64,000 nt of DNA from the human T2T-CHM13v2.0 reference genome, Homo sapiens. The notes below the pieces were generated by a model, which was given only the letters and a program-made list of their open reading frames with translations, had not been told where the DNA came from and made no database searches. The stretch lies in NCBI RefSeq assembly GCF_009914755.1, contig NC_060928.1; one strand, written 5' to 3'. Shown here piece by piece: positions 1 through 17,416 of the stretch; position 1 is the first letter of the stretch; every line of letters starts with the position of its first letter. The position numbers and the translations under genes are program-made.

Positions 1-208
1 ACCTCAGGGGACACCCGACTGAGACAAACTGAAAAGTTAGAAGAAAGAATTTCCAGATTCCAAAAATAATTCAACAGAATGACTCTTTTCAGAACGTTAG
101 ACAAACCTGTATTCTGTAGGTATGTTTTAGAATCTCATAGGTAATCACAAGATTATAGATGACAGGGAAGATGAAAAAGTCAAGGAAGCTATCAAAGTAT
201 TGGAAATG

Positions 209-507
209 GGCTGGGTGTGGTGGCTCACGCCTGTAATCCCAGCACTTTGGGAAGCTGAGGTGGGCAGATCACCTGAGATCAGGAGTTCAAAACCAGCCTG
301 GCCAACGTGGTGAAATCCCATCTCTACTAAAAATACAGAAATTAGCCAGGTGTGGTGGCATATGCCTGTAATCTCAGCTACTCGGGAGGCTGAGGCAGAA
401 GAATCACTTGAACCCCGGAGGCAGAGGTTGCATTGAGCCAAGATCACACAACTGCACTCTAGCCTGGGCAACAGAGTGAGACTCTGTATCAAAGAAGAAA
501 GAAAAAG
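209..507 (+). mobile_element. Alu (AluS)
   Basis: Dimeric Alu with linker and A-rich tail. Confidence 0.95.
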
Positions 508-629
508 CATCAGAATTGGCAAAACTGGAGGAAAAGAACAAAAAATGAAGAGAACATCAGATAGGTTACGAAGATAATCAGTTTGGGTCAATTCCCCTAA
601 AACATGGGAGCTGCCATAGACCCCTCAAG

Positions 630-817
630 GCAATAGTTTTCAATTGGGAACCATTTGGGTCCCCAAGAAGTTATCTGGCAACGCATGAAGACATTTTTGG
701 TGGTGGGTGCTACTGGCTTCTAATAAGCACAGGCATACTGCTAAACATCCTATAATGCACAGGAAAACCCCTTAAAACAATCCAAAATATCAACTGTGCC
801 AAGATTGAGAAACCCTA
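630..817 (+). mobile_element. MER20-like hAT-Charlie DNA transposon
   Basis: tggcaa..gaagacattttt..gctaaacatcctataatgcacagga..ttgagaaaccct matches recalled MER20. Confidence 0.8.
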
Positions 818-915
818 CATTGAAGAATACTGGCCCTACAGAAACACTGAACAGACACTGTAATTCACAAAGGGAATGTTATTAATACAGCTACCTATAA
901 AGAAATACCAAGGAA

Positions 916-1209
<294 letters not shown>

Positions 1210-1334
1210 CTACCAAGGAATAGCTACCTATAAAGAAGTCTCCCCAAGTTAACTGAATACTTAAAATTTGAATACTTAATGGTTTTGTCCTTAATCCCCG
1301 TTGGACCACTTTGATAAGGGCTACTGTGTGTCTG

Positions 1335-1390
1335 AGTGACCAACCCATGCCAGTTTGCCCAGGACTGTCCTGGTTTTAGCACTGAAAGGA
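1335..1390 (+). mobile_element. MER94-like hAT-Blackjack fragment
   Basis: gtgaccaac..gtttgcccaggactgtcctggttttagcactgaaag. Confidence 0.55.
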
Positions 1391-1879
1391 CAAATGAAGC
1401 CATTCTGTCCGCCAAGAGTACAGTGATATTTGGTCATCTGGAATTTTCTCTCTTTTGAAGAGAAACCTCAGATTCCTTCATGGTTTCCTCTGTGCTTGTT
1501 CTCACACATTACCAAGCTCCTGAGGCCTGGCTCCAGCAGGGAGAGAAAGGGTCTGATCTCAGAGGTGCTCTCTGATCCAGAGGAAGCCCAGAAGAAATGG
1601 GGGCCTGCCAGTGCTGGTGGCCAGGAGGGCATTGTTAATAGCTCATCTGGTTCTGTCGCCACCCAAGGCAGGGTTCTCCTTTGGATCGGACACTGGGGAA
1701 GTGTTCCTTCCCTGCAGGCTCACATAGCTTGCTAAGAGGCATCTTTCCTCACCTCCTCCTGGGGCAGTGCCCCAGGCAATGGAATGCATTCCTTGAGAAA
1801 GGATCCCTTACATGCTTTCCCTTATCTTTCCCAGATTATGCCCTTTCTTCAGCCTATTTCTTTTTTTCTTTCTCTTTTC

Positions 1880-2365
1880 TGTTTTTTTTTTTTTTTTGGG
1901 GGGGCGGAGACAGGGTCTCCCCCTGTCACCCACAATCATATTTATGCCTGATCAATTTTTTAAAAAAATTTTTTTGTAGAGATGGGGTCTTGCTATGTCG
2001 CCCAGGCTGGTCTTGAACTCCTAGCCTGAGCAACATAGCAACAGCCACCATGCCTGGCCTCCAAGCCTATTTCTTACAAAGGTGAAACTTTCTAACTACT
2101 ACCTAGCCCCTGTGATCAACTTACATAACATATATGAAAGCATTTTGGAAACTGTAAAATATCAGACAAACGTAACATACTAACATCACAATGAGAAATC
2201 ATTTGTCATTTTTCTTTTTTAAAAGAGACAGGGTCTCACTCTATCGCCCAGGCTGGAGTGCAGTGGCATGATCATGGATGGCTCACTGCAGCCTCAAACT
2301 TCTGGCCTCAAGTGATCCTCTTGCCTGAGCCCCTCAGGGTGCTGGGATTACAGGTGCAAGCTCAG
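1880..2365 (-). mobile_element. Two degenerate AluJ/monomer pieces (1880-2058 rearranged; 2213-2365)
   Basis: Reverse-complement Alu motifs with internal deletions. Confidence 0.85.
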
Positions 2366-2429
2366 CTCATTTCTATTTTTGAAGTTAGCAACTGAGGGTT
2401 GTTTCACTTTCTAGATACTTTAAATTCCC

Positions 2430-2640
2430 GTGTGGCAGGCACTGTTGTAAACACTTTGCATGTGTTATCTCATATAATATTCACAGAAATCCTGATGATG
2501 ATGATGATGATACCCATTTTATAGATGAAGAAACTGAGATAGGATGACATTAAATAACTTTCCCAGGGTCACAGAGCTGGTGGAGCTGAGTGATTAGATT
2601 CAGACAGGCTGGCTCCAAAGTCCATGCTGAATGCTACCTG
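2430..2640 (-). mobile_element. MIR
   Basis: cccattttatagatgaagaaactgag..ttaaataactttcccagggtcacagagctg core; (GAT)n at 2494-2510. Confidence 0.85.
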
Positions 2641-3483
2641 TGACTCAAGCCAGGAGAAAAAAAGGAGTTGCTCAAATAAAGCGTCCCTGGCAGTAACGAA
2701 TCATTAACTTTCAGCCCACTCCAAGGAATGGGTGGCCTGAGGGTCACGTGCTAAAGAGGAAACCCTGAGTGAGTCAATCATGAACACATGACTGTTCTTA
2801 GTTCCTTATAGGTTTGCTTCCTCAAATAGCCTTCCTGGAGTGCTGAGCCAAGAGATGGATTGGGACCAGTTTCAGTTCTGGGAAAGGGGCTGAACCCCAT
2901 CTAGCCAATGCCTGCGCCCACGCTTCAGCTCTGTGCATGCTGGTGGCCGAATCTAACACAGGCCACAGGGACTTCCTCAAACTGGGAAATGCCTGCTCAT
3001 GTTGTCAAGAGTCCTCAGCAACAGCTTGTTTGCCGACTAAACAAGGCTGCCACCTCACACAGGCAGCCTCAGAAAGATCAGGGAGTTAATAGTTACATGA
3101 AGACAGCTCAGAGAACAGCTCAAGTGACAGTCCAGACAAATGCAGATCGTATAATGGGTACCTGGTTAGATTCTGTTTAAAAAAAAAAAAAAGGATGTTC
3201 CTCTCTGCTATTTATTCCCTGTTCCAATTTTTTTAAAAATCCTGTTTTCCCTTTCCTGATCCTCCCTTATGGTATCTCATACTTAAAAAAAAAAAAAAAG
3301 TCTGGGATAAGCTGATAGTCACAAAGAAACAGGAATGCAACAAACCAGAAACCCAAAGCCCCAAATCTCTGCCTTATCACAGACCGTTTAAAACTCTGGA
3401 GTTTTTTCCTACTTCAGCACATATCTCAAGATTAGATAAATGTGGTACCATTGTGTTACTCCCTGGTGAAGAAACCAACAAAC

Positions 3484-4114
3484 TGTCCAATAAAAATTAC
3501 AGGAAGCTAGGAGCGGTGGTGCGTGCGTGTAGTCCCAGCTACTCAGGGGGCTGAGATGGGAAGATGGCTTGAGCCTAGGAGGTCAAGGCCAGCCTAGACA
3601 ACACAGCAAGACCTCTTCTCTTAAAAAAAGAAAAAAAGAATTATAGGAGGTCACTGTTTTGGACTAAACTTCTGCAACTAGGGCCCAATAGACCAGACTG
3701 AAAATCAAAATGGAGTCACCCAGGCTAAAGTTCCACATCACAAAACAGAAACTAAGTTGTTGTCTGACCTTCTCAGTAATCAGGACGAAGAAATAACACC
3801 AAATTTCTTAAATGGGCCAGTTTCAAATCTTTAATTGGCATAATGAAACTCCCTGCTTTAATCCTTAAAGTAATCTGATGTTATTTTTCTGTTGTTCTGT
3901 CTCCTGTTGTCCCATTCCTTACAAAAAAAGTATCTTTGAAACAATTAATATACTTTAAGTTCTTTCCTTCTACTTTATAAAGCCAAGCTCTTCTGCTCGG
4001 CTGACTGGAACCCTTTTCCTATAATATGGAAGGAAGTGTTGCCCGATTCTAGAAACTCAAATAAAAGCAATTGAGAACTTTAAACTAAATTTGTTGCAAT
4101 TTTGTCTTTTGACA
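3484..4114 (+). mobile_element. ERV1-class solo LTR (MER67/MER31-like) interrupted by a FLAM at ~3505-3640
   Basis: TG..CA ends; tgttttggactaaac..agaccagactgaaaatcaaaatggagtcacc; AATAAA at 4060-4065; ends ttttgtcttttgaca. Confidence 0.7.
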
Positions 4115-4339
4115 CATAGGATTTTCCTCCTGACACTTATAGACAATTGTAGAATAAATGGCCTCCCTCTGCCTCCATTTTCTACTTCCATTCATTTTCA
4201 GTGTTCTTAGCTTTTTCTTTCTACATGCCCACCACTTAGATTTCATTGTTCTTCCATCTGAAAGCTTTGCTTATGGCCTTTTCTATCATTTTCTCTTCTA
4301 CCTTAACTTCTAGAGTTATTATGTTACCTAGGACAAGAG

Positions 4340-4475
4340 ATATGACTTCTCACTGCCTCAGTTCCTCATCTGTAAATGGTGCTGTGTAGCAGGGCCTGCT
4401 GTAAGGGCTAAGGGGTAACGCACACAAAGTGCTTGGCACAATGCTACACACAGTAGGTGCTCAAAATGTGATAGC
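4340..4475 (+). mobile_element. MIR
   Basis: tgcctcagttcctcatctgtaaatg..aaagtgcttggcaca..cagtaggtgctcaa. Confidence 0.8.
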
Positions 4476-4477
4476 AA

Positions 4478-5088
<611 letters not shown>

Positions 5089-5236
5089 TGCAATAGCAAA
5101 GAAACAAATTGGATGGGAATAACTAGTTCAGATTCTCTAGGTAAAACTCTATAACTTTAAGGGTAATTATTTAAAAGTTATTAAAATTATAAAAAATAAG
5201 ATCTGACTTAAGTGGGAACTAGATTACCTATTTTAG

Positions 5237-5701
<465 letters not shown>

Positions 5702-6329
5702 TACTTTTAGAGGATTTATAAATTCGAATTGGTCTAAGTTCCAACATGCCAAATATCCTGGACCTCTCACCAGTAAAAAATTTTCCTTCAGTTGAACTTG
5801 GTTTAGTTAGCAAAGTCAAATGAGTCCACTTCATGGATATTTTCTAAATGTGTTTCCTTATACTTTTTTTTTTTTAACTCTTAGAATCCAAGTGACTCAT
5901 CTGTGTGCTTGAATCCTTTCCACTGTCTCATCTCCCTCATCCAAGTTTCTAGTACCTTCTCTTTGTTGTGAAGGATAATCAAACTGAACAACAAAAAGTT
6001 TACTCTCCTCATTTGGAACCTAAAAACTCTCTTCTTCCTGGGTCTGAGGGCTCCAAGAATCCTTGAATCAGTTCTCAGATCATTGTGGACACCAGATCAG
6101 GAACCTCAGGCACGTGGGAAAGGCCAGATAATTAGGAGGGATGCTGAAGAGAAAGCCCGATGACCACAGCACGGTGATGGTTTAAAGGCCTTGAAATTTG
6201 GTTACCATCATTCCCCAACCCACCAACCGCCCATGGGCTGCATTCACCAGCACGCACTGGCAGCCGCAGCCACCCGTTCTCTTTCCTTGCATTGCTGAGC
6301 AAGTTTCCCATATCATTCAGTTAGGCTCA

Positions 6330-7081
6330 GCTCTCACACATATTGAGGAATGATCCCTACCACTGCTCGCACATGAATGGGAAAGGATGTACAATACATA
6401 AAGGCAGAGACAGGAGAATTTCAGACAGTGGTAAAAGTTGTGAGGTAAATAAAGCAGAGGAATGGGACAGAGATTAACAGAGATTGGTGAGAGAGAGAAG
6501 GCCACTCTGATATTTGTGCTGAGAGTTGAACAAAGAGACAGGGAGCCTAGCAAGGATCTAGGGAAAGAGCAATCTAGGCACAAACAAGGGCAAACGCCCC
6601 ATGGCGGGAACAGGTTTGTTCATTTTGTTTTCGCTTTAATTCCAGGAAGAAGAATCTGTGGCTGGAATCTGGTAATGGAGGCAGAGGTGGGAGCACAGAG
6701 GTTGGGAGGTGGCCAGAGGTCATGAGCTGAAAAACTCATGAGCCATAGGAGGGAGCTTGGGTTTTAGTCTAAAGAAAAGGAGAAAGCCGGGCACGGTGGC
6801 TCAGGCCTATAATCCCAGTACTTTGGGAGGCCGAGATGGGAAGGTTGCTTGAGTCCAGGAGTTCGAGACCAGCCTGGACAATATAGTGAGACCTCATCTC
6901 TACAAAACATTTAAAAATTAGCTGAGCATGGTGACATGCGCCTGTAGTCCCAGCTACTCGAGAGGCTGAGGTGGGAAGATCCCTTGAGTCCGGGAAGCAG
7001 CGGTTGCAGTGAGCCGAGCTCACACCACTGCTTCCAGCCTGGGTGACAGAGCGAGAACTTGTCTCAAAAAAAAAGTAATAA

Positions 7082-7124
<43 letters not shown>

Positions 7125-7155
7125 AAGGAGAGGTCATTGGAGAGTGTTAAGCTTG
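6330..7155 (-). mobile_element. L2 fragment interrupted by an Alu
   Basis: Purine-rich L2 3' region signature; resumes after the Alu at ~7126. Confidence 0.6.
6786..7125 (+). mobile_element. AluJ with (AAAT)n tail
   Basis: Full dimer; tetranucleotide tail ~7078-7125. Confidence 0.93.
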
Positions 7156-7549
7156 CAGGGGGACTCTGGGGAAGATGAAGAATGAGAAAGCATCTCATAG
7201 AGATGGTTTGTTTGGTTTCTTGGAGGAAGACTTCTTCCAGGTTGATACAATCTACTTGTGAGTGGATGAGAAGGTGGGGGTGGTGGGGGAAGAGGTGAGA
7301 TTAAATTATCTCTTCTTCAGAAGACAGCTCAGAAACCACAGACAGAAAATGCCTTAAAAGATAACCAGAGAGCCTTCAGGGTGTGTGTGAGTGCGTGTGT
7401 GAAGAGAGGCTGCAGCCCAGGTGTATGGCATCAGTCCTGCAAGAGGGAAAAGAAGTGAAAGGGAGCCTCAGCAGCTCCCACAGTCACAGAGCTCGGGAGC
7501 CCAGCTGTCTCCTGAACGCCAGCCCCAGGAGCAACCAGACCTCCCTCCT

Positions 7550-8670
<1,121 letters not shown>

Positions 8671-8812
8671 ACTCAAAAATCAAACTAGTAGAGTAAGTGG
8701 AGTGTGCGAAGTACAGAAAAGACAGGGAAAAGGAGCTTCAAGGTTATGGGTTAATTGCAGAATGGGAATAAAGAACAAGAAAGAGCAAAGGGAGACAAAA
8801 GCAAGGTCAGGC

Positions 8813-9205
<393 letters not shown>

Positions 9206-9241
9206 ATATTAATTAACTAATTAATTCTTAAAAGCAGAATG

Positions 9242-9627
<386 letters not shown>

Positions 9628-9629
9628 TT

Positions 9630-9910
9630 ATTTTTTTGAGACAGGGTCTTGCTCTGTCACCCTGGCTGGAGTGCAGTGACGCAATCTTGGCTCACTGCAG
9701 CCTCCAGGCTCAAGCGATCCTCCTACCTCAGCCTCAGAGCAGCTGAGACTACAGGCACGCACCAACATGCCCCGCTAATTTTTGTGTTTTTTATAGAGAT
9801 GGAGTTTCACCATGTTGCCCAGGCTGGTTTTGATCTACTTGGCTCAAGCAGTTCTCCTGCTCCGGCCTCCCAATGTGCTAGGATTACCAGTATGAGCCAC
9901 CGTGCTGGGC
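9630..9910 (-). mobile_element. AluJ
   Basis: Reverse-complement dimer. Confidence 0.9.
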
Positions 9911-10023
9911 TGGTTGTTCACTTATTAAACTGAACACGTCACACATCATGACACTCCCCCAAGGTAAGCTGGTAAAAACCCTGTGAGCCATGACATGGAA
10001 ACTTCCACTCCAATCCATCAGAC

Positions 10024-10502
10024 CAGTGTTGTCCATTATAAATGCAATGGGAGACACGTATTTGATTAATTTTCTAGAAGCCACATTTTAAAAGCGTAAA
10101 AAACAGGTGACAATTTTAATAATATATTTCATTTAACCCAACATATCCAAAACATTGTCCTTTCAACATGTAATCAGTATAAAAAACTATTAAACTGAGA
10201 TATTTCATATTCCTTTTTACATTTACAGCACATCTCATTTTGGATGCTAGATTTCAACAGAAATACTTGGTATGTATTGCATAAAATTTACAGTAAAAAA
10301 AGTAGATCTCACACACACACACCTACATGTTGCCTCAAATGTACTTACAAGCTTCCCAATAAAGTTGTGTTTAACAAAAAAAAATGTACATGGCTTCAGT
10401 TTTTAAATTCAAATTAATTAAAATAAAAGATTCAACTCAGTTGCGCCAGCCACATTTCAAGAGCCACAGGTGACTGGTGGCTCTTATATCAGATGGCACA
10501 GC
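10024..10502 (+). mobile_element. Charlie1b/MER33-like hAT DNA transposon
   Basis: cagtgttgtcca..atttaacccaacatatccaaaa..tttcaacatgtaatcag..agccacatttcaag; contains (CA)n. Confidence 0.8.
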
Positions 10503-13500
10503 TATAGATCATGTGTGTTTGTTTGTTTGTTTGTTTGTTTTCTAATGCTCAAAATGGAAAGATCAGAAAGCTGATGGAGTCTCAGCTAGTGATACAAAGA
10601 ATCTGTTCCAACTAATGGAGGCGCAGTGACCATATCTACAGGTTCCACTAAAGTTGCACAACCTGTGGCTGAAAATTAAGGCAGAGAAAATGACTAGGGG
10701 ACATTATTAATTCACTACTTTGCTTTTCTAACAGGTTTCATTCGGGGTCATTAAGTGAATACCTAGTCCATGTGACTGGACTACTTAAAGTTTTATCCTC
10801 ACAAATCCTTGTTTGCAAAATCAAGAAAACTAAGAGGATTAAGTGTTTCCATGTTAGTTAAACTAGGAAAACAGAGTTGCTGCTATTTATTTTAAAACTT
10901 TGCTGTCCATAGGGGAAAAAAATGGGTATGGAATGGAATTTGTGAGCCAAATGAAAAAGAAAAGAGGAAAATGAGATCAAGTTCCTTTGAGCCTAATTCA
11001 TATGGATCTTCCATTTCAGAGCCCCAGAACAAGCTTTCAATCATCAAGAACTATGACTTTTATTGTAGAGGTAAGAAAGCAACAAAATCGCCCCATAAAT
11101 ATTCCTAATTGTTTCAATAGGCTCTAATAAACTGACTTTTAAAGATCTTGTGTAAAGAAAAAGCACGTACATTATAACTGCCTATTGTTATAGGCCTATT
11201 GCCTCATACTAGCAGCCTTGATTAGCCAGAGTAACCACAATAGGTGGGGTGTGGTGGGGAGTTTTCAAGGCAAAGCCTGTCTTAGCACCCATACTTCACA
11301 ACAAAACCAAAGCGAACCCAAGCAGTCCCACATGACAAAGGTGTTCCGGCACACGATCAAGCACGGTTTATTAACCATGCCCCTGCTATCAGTAATGTGA
11401 CTGTGATGGGTCATCCATCAAGCACGGCACATAGGACACAGCATCTGTCGTTCACTGCTGATGCCCAGCAGCAAATATCATATCTGGCAAACAGCAAGCA
11501 CTCTAGACCTATGTGTTGAATGAGTGGATGAATTAACACATTCTAGGGAACAGAGCAGAGTGGGCATTCTGTGGAAGTCTGGAAGCAGGTAAGCAGGACG
11601 GTACTCTTTATCTCTGGCTTCCTCCCCCAACACCAAGCTCCTTCTCTATAAAGTACATTTGATGGTTTCAAAGCTACTCAGCCCGAGTGTTACTAAATGC
11701 CCAGCACTATGCAAAACGCCATGGGGCAGAAATCCATAAGAGGGGATACACTTCTTGCAGAATTAACATGTTAGGGAGATAGCATAAATCCCCCCACCCT
11801 CACCACACCCCCACTTCACTCTCCTCTGCACTGTGCTGAATGTGAGCATAACTGCATTGGATTCTGATCGGTTCATCCTGCTGAGGTTTGAGGTAAAGAA
11901 CTCTGTTGAGTCATGGAGGTTGTGTAAGTGTCTTTCCAAAAGATTGTGATAATTCTTACTGTCAAACACCTTGAAAAGAAGAGGTTCCTCAAACCAGAGA
12001 AAGAGAGTCTGGAAGGTAAGCCTTTGACCACCAGGAGACAGAAACAGAGTTAGGGGCTTTTCTCCTGGGTGTGGAGTCAGACTTTTTGAAAGCAGGCATG
12101 TTGGAGGGTGCTCCTGGGTAAGAAGGGGTTAATGGCAAGGGCTGTTGCAGGGAAATGGGAGGGAGAGAGTAGAGGCAGAGATGAAAACGCCTTACCCTGT
12201 TAACCAGAACAGCCATTGCATATTCCGTTCTGGGTTAATTCCACCCCAAGCATCCTAGATCCAGCTTGGCGCTCCGTCCACTTTTCAAGTGAGAATGGGA
12301 CTCCTGAGAACAGGCAGGCAGGGGCAATGGTAATTGATGAGCGCTGGCCAACGAGAAGGTGGACCTTGGAAGCAAGAGTCACAGTGAAGAAGGCAAAGAC
12401 CCCACCGGTGACCTCTCTCCATTGTGAACTTTCATGACGGGTGTCTTCTGGGGTTTCCTTATAGAAGACAGTGCACACAGTCACAGTGGGTCAATCCAAG
12501 ACAGTGGCACGGTATGAAGGGGCAGGAGGGGATTCACAACAGCTGTGTGCAGGCAGCTGCCAAGCATTTCAGACAACGGCATGACCTTGGGCACATCACG
12601 TGATTTCCTCGGGCCTTAGTGTTCTCATTTATAAAATGAGGGGTTTAGTAATATCCACATTACTAAAGGGAACTTCCTGCTCCGGCATCAGCTACCACCC
12701 TAAACACTCAAATGTGTGATACAGGCAAAGGGCTGGAAGAGCCGTGAGGAGGGGTCCACCTGGGGTGCATGGAAAGGGCTTTGTGAAGAGGCAGGACTCT
12801 GAACTGGGGCTGAGGAGGAGGAGGAAGATTCAGGCATCTAGAGACAAGCGGGGGAAAACGGGAAGAACAGTTTGAACAGACTCAGAGGCTAGGATTTGGG
12901 AATATATGGGGTGCATCTGGGGAAATCCTCACTGCTGACTCAGGAGAGCATATTAAGGGGCCACAGGTAGTGCTCAGGGAGGAACTGTGGGGCAGGGATG
13001 GGGGTTAACACTAAGAAGAGACCAGAAGGCCCTGACCACCCTCACTTTCCCTCAGTCTCCAAACATCTATCCATTCAATAAACATTTATGAAGCGCTAGG
13101 AGCCAGGGGCAGGGAACACACAGAAAGAGAAAAAGAAGACACTGTAAATATGAAGACATAATAAGTGGAACTGCCCCTTCCTTCTGCTTCTAAGAACCCT
13201 TTTCCCCTTGGGGCATGTTTTGCAGTTTAACTTGATTTCACCAAATAACACATTGGAGGAATGGGGTGGGGAATTCTCAGAACCTTTACTTAAAAGGGAA
13301 AGACCTTCCAGCACTTTCCTTAACCCTCCTGAGCCTTGGTTTCTCTATCTATATAATGGGCGTCATAACACCCCTCAAAGGTAAGAATTACCTGAGTTGG
13401 AGAGGTGATGCCACGGTAAATAGGATTGCTAATAAAATGAGACAAGTAAATAGTAATGCTGACATGCTGGTTACTGGTATTTTGACTGTTTTCATTTCAG

Positions 13501-14607
13501 AGGAGGAAAAAGGACAAAATTGCAGTTCCAAGGAATTATAGTGAGTTGCTCAAGGCAAGGGTGACTAAGCCAGCCCTGAAATGGGGCCTCAGGCTGCCCT
13601 CGGCTAGACAACACCATGGGTAATATTGCAGCCTACATTTCTTCTTTTTGTCAGCAACATGATAGAATCTCTTTTTTGCCTGGCCAGTTCATGGGGCCCT
13701 GCAATTCAGAGGACCAGTGGCACACAGCAAACACAAAGCCACGAGGTGTACTGGGGTGCAGCCAAAGACAGTTGCCACATAAAATAAAGGATACGCAGTA
13801 AATCTGAATATCAGATAAGCAACCAATAATTTTCATTTGCTAAATATAGTAACCTTAGACCAACAAGAAAGTCAGGGCTGCCTACAGGGTGAGTCCAGCA
13901 GGCTTTGGGGGGAACATTCCAGCTTCCCAGGGCTCTATCATTTAAAATGCAACGCTCCTCAACCAAGGTAATCACTCCTGGGCCAGTTTCCCTTTCAGGA
14001 TTCAAAGTCCCAAAATTGAACACTCAAAGAAAATAATGACAAGGACCTAGAAGGTCCTTACACATGTCTAATTCAAACTGAACCTTTCCTCAAAGGAGGA
14101 CCATCATAGGAAGAAGTGTTAGGGTCAGGGAGCAAGCTATGTTACTCTCTTGAAAACACGAAATTATGGACAGCATAAAAGATTTGATTTCTGAAATTCA
14201 CACAGCAGGTCACTGACAGGGATGAGAGCCTAGAAGGTATGGTGGTAGCTAGACTTCGATCCAGCACACACATTTATTTTAGCTACATCCATCTCCATCT
14301 TCTCAGATGCCCGTTGGAGATAGCTGCCTGGTTAGTCTTGGGGTGTAGTAATGAGCCATTACAAGTATAAATTACTTTCTTAGAATGAAGACTCCAAAAA
14401 GAGATCCTGAATTTACTGGCCCAAGGGAGGAGACTGCATCATTAGTTAATAAGCAGGAGCAACAAGGAGAGACATTGGCATAGTTCAGCAACAGGGGCAC
14501 TGGAATCGTGGCCGACGTGTTTGCTGTTATGTTCTCTTTCAGTCCCTTTTTGTGTGCCATCAAAAACTCTGGGATTTGATTAGAAATTGCTTAAGTTTTA
14601 GTTTTAG

Positions 14608-15460
<853 letters not shown>

Positions 15461-15883
15461 TGGCATTTAGGAACATGAGGAGCACATAAGACACTGATCA
15501 AGAACACTAATCATAAGTACCTGGAGGGGCAACAAAGGCAATGAGACAGGCGGCGGCTTTCATTTCTTCTTTTCTACTTTTGATAGAATCCTGAGCCCAA
15601 CAATCTTTCACTTTCCCCTTAATGCCTATTAGAAAAAAAAAACAGCAGCTCAAATGTTTCCTGACCTTCAGGCTCATCAAGGTTTGGGGGCTATGATGAA
15701 TTGAGAAGCCTTTCCCCAAACATTAGGGACAGAAGCCCACACTCCATTCTAGCTGAGAGTTGCCAGATCGGGGAATAGGCCAGGTACTGAGAAAGTTTTT
15801 TTGTAACAAGATGGAAATCTAGACGTGTGCACGCCTGTGTGCCTGTGTAACATCTTAAATTTTAAACATTGTCAACTGATTCA

Positions 15884-16060
<177 letters not shown>

Positions 16061-16261
16061 AACCCCACAAAGACTGGGCAAGACAACAGTGCACAGAAGA
16101 GCAAGCAAACATCTTGGGGGCCTCCTATTACCTGTAAACTCTCTATTTGCAACCTCTCATCTTGGACCCCAGTCTCCAAGCCTTAGACACATTGCCTCAC
16201 CTGGTGAATGACATTGTGAATAAGAGATCAGCTTTTAGCTTTGTTGTGGTTATCTTAAAAA

Positions 16262-17015
16262 GTAACAGCCCAAAGGGCGGAACAACCCAATATCCATCAA
16301 CAGGTGAATGAATATACAAAATGTGATATTGTCCATTACAACAGAATATTATTCAGTCTTAAAGAAATGAAGTGCTGGACATGCCATAACATGGATGGAC
16401 TGTGAGCATATCATGTTAAGTGAAAGAAGCCAGACACAAAAGTCCATATATTACATGATGCCTTTTCTTTTGAGATGGAGTCTCGCACTGTCACCCACGC
16501 TGGAGTGCAGTGGTGCGATCTTGGCTCGCTGCAATCTCCGCCTCCCAGGTTCAAGTGATTCTCCTCCCTCAGCCTCCTGAGCAGCTGGGACCACAGGCAC
16601 CCACCACCATGCCTGGCTAATTTTTGTATTTTTAGTAGAGTCGGGGTTTCCCCGTGTTGGCCAGGCTGGTCTCGAACTCCTGACCTCAGGTGATCCACCT
16701 GCCTCGGCCTCCCAAAGTGCTAGGATTACAGGTATGAGCCACCACACCCTGCTGCATGGTTCCATTTATATGAAAAATCTAGAACAGGTAAATCCACAGA
16801 GACAGAAAGCACATCAGTGGTTGCCAGGGGCTGGGGGAAGGTGGGATGAGGAGTAACTTCTTAAATGGGGACAAGGGTCTCCTTGGGGGGTGATGAAAAT
16901 GTGTTGGAAGTAGGTAGAGGTGATGGTTATACCATATTGTCAATCTACTAAATGCCACAGAATTGTATACTTTAAAATAGTTAACCTTACATTATGTAAA
17001 TTTTGGTCTAAAAAA
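16262..17015 (+). mobile_element. L1MB 3' end interrupted by a minus-strand AluSx (16463-16750)
   Basis: aacaacccaatatccatcaacaggtgaatg..gtgaaagaagccagacacaaaag..ccatttatatgaaa..gtggttgccagggg. Confidence 0.88.
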
Positions 17016-17044
17016 AGGCAACAACATCTGGGATAAGAAAATCA

Positions 17045-17416
<372 letters not shown>

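Noticed and set aside
5864-6110. Possible terminal exon ending at a genomic A-run on the minus strand
   Set aside because: Weak acceptor and no upstream AATAAA; the A-run would cause oligo-dT internal priming.
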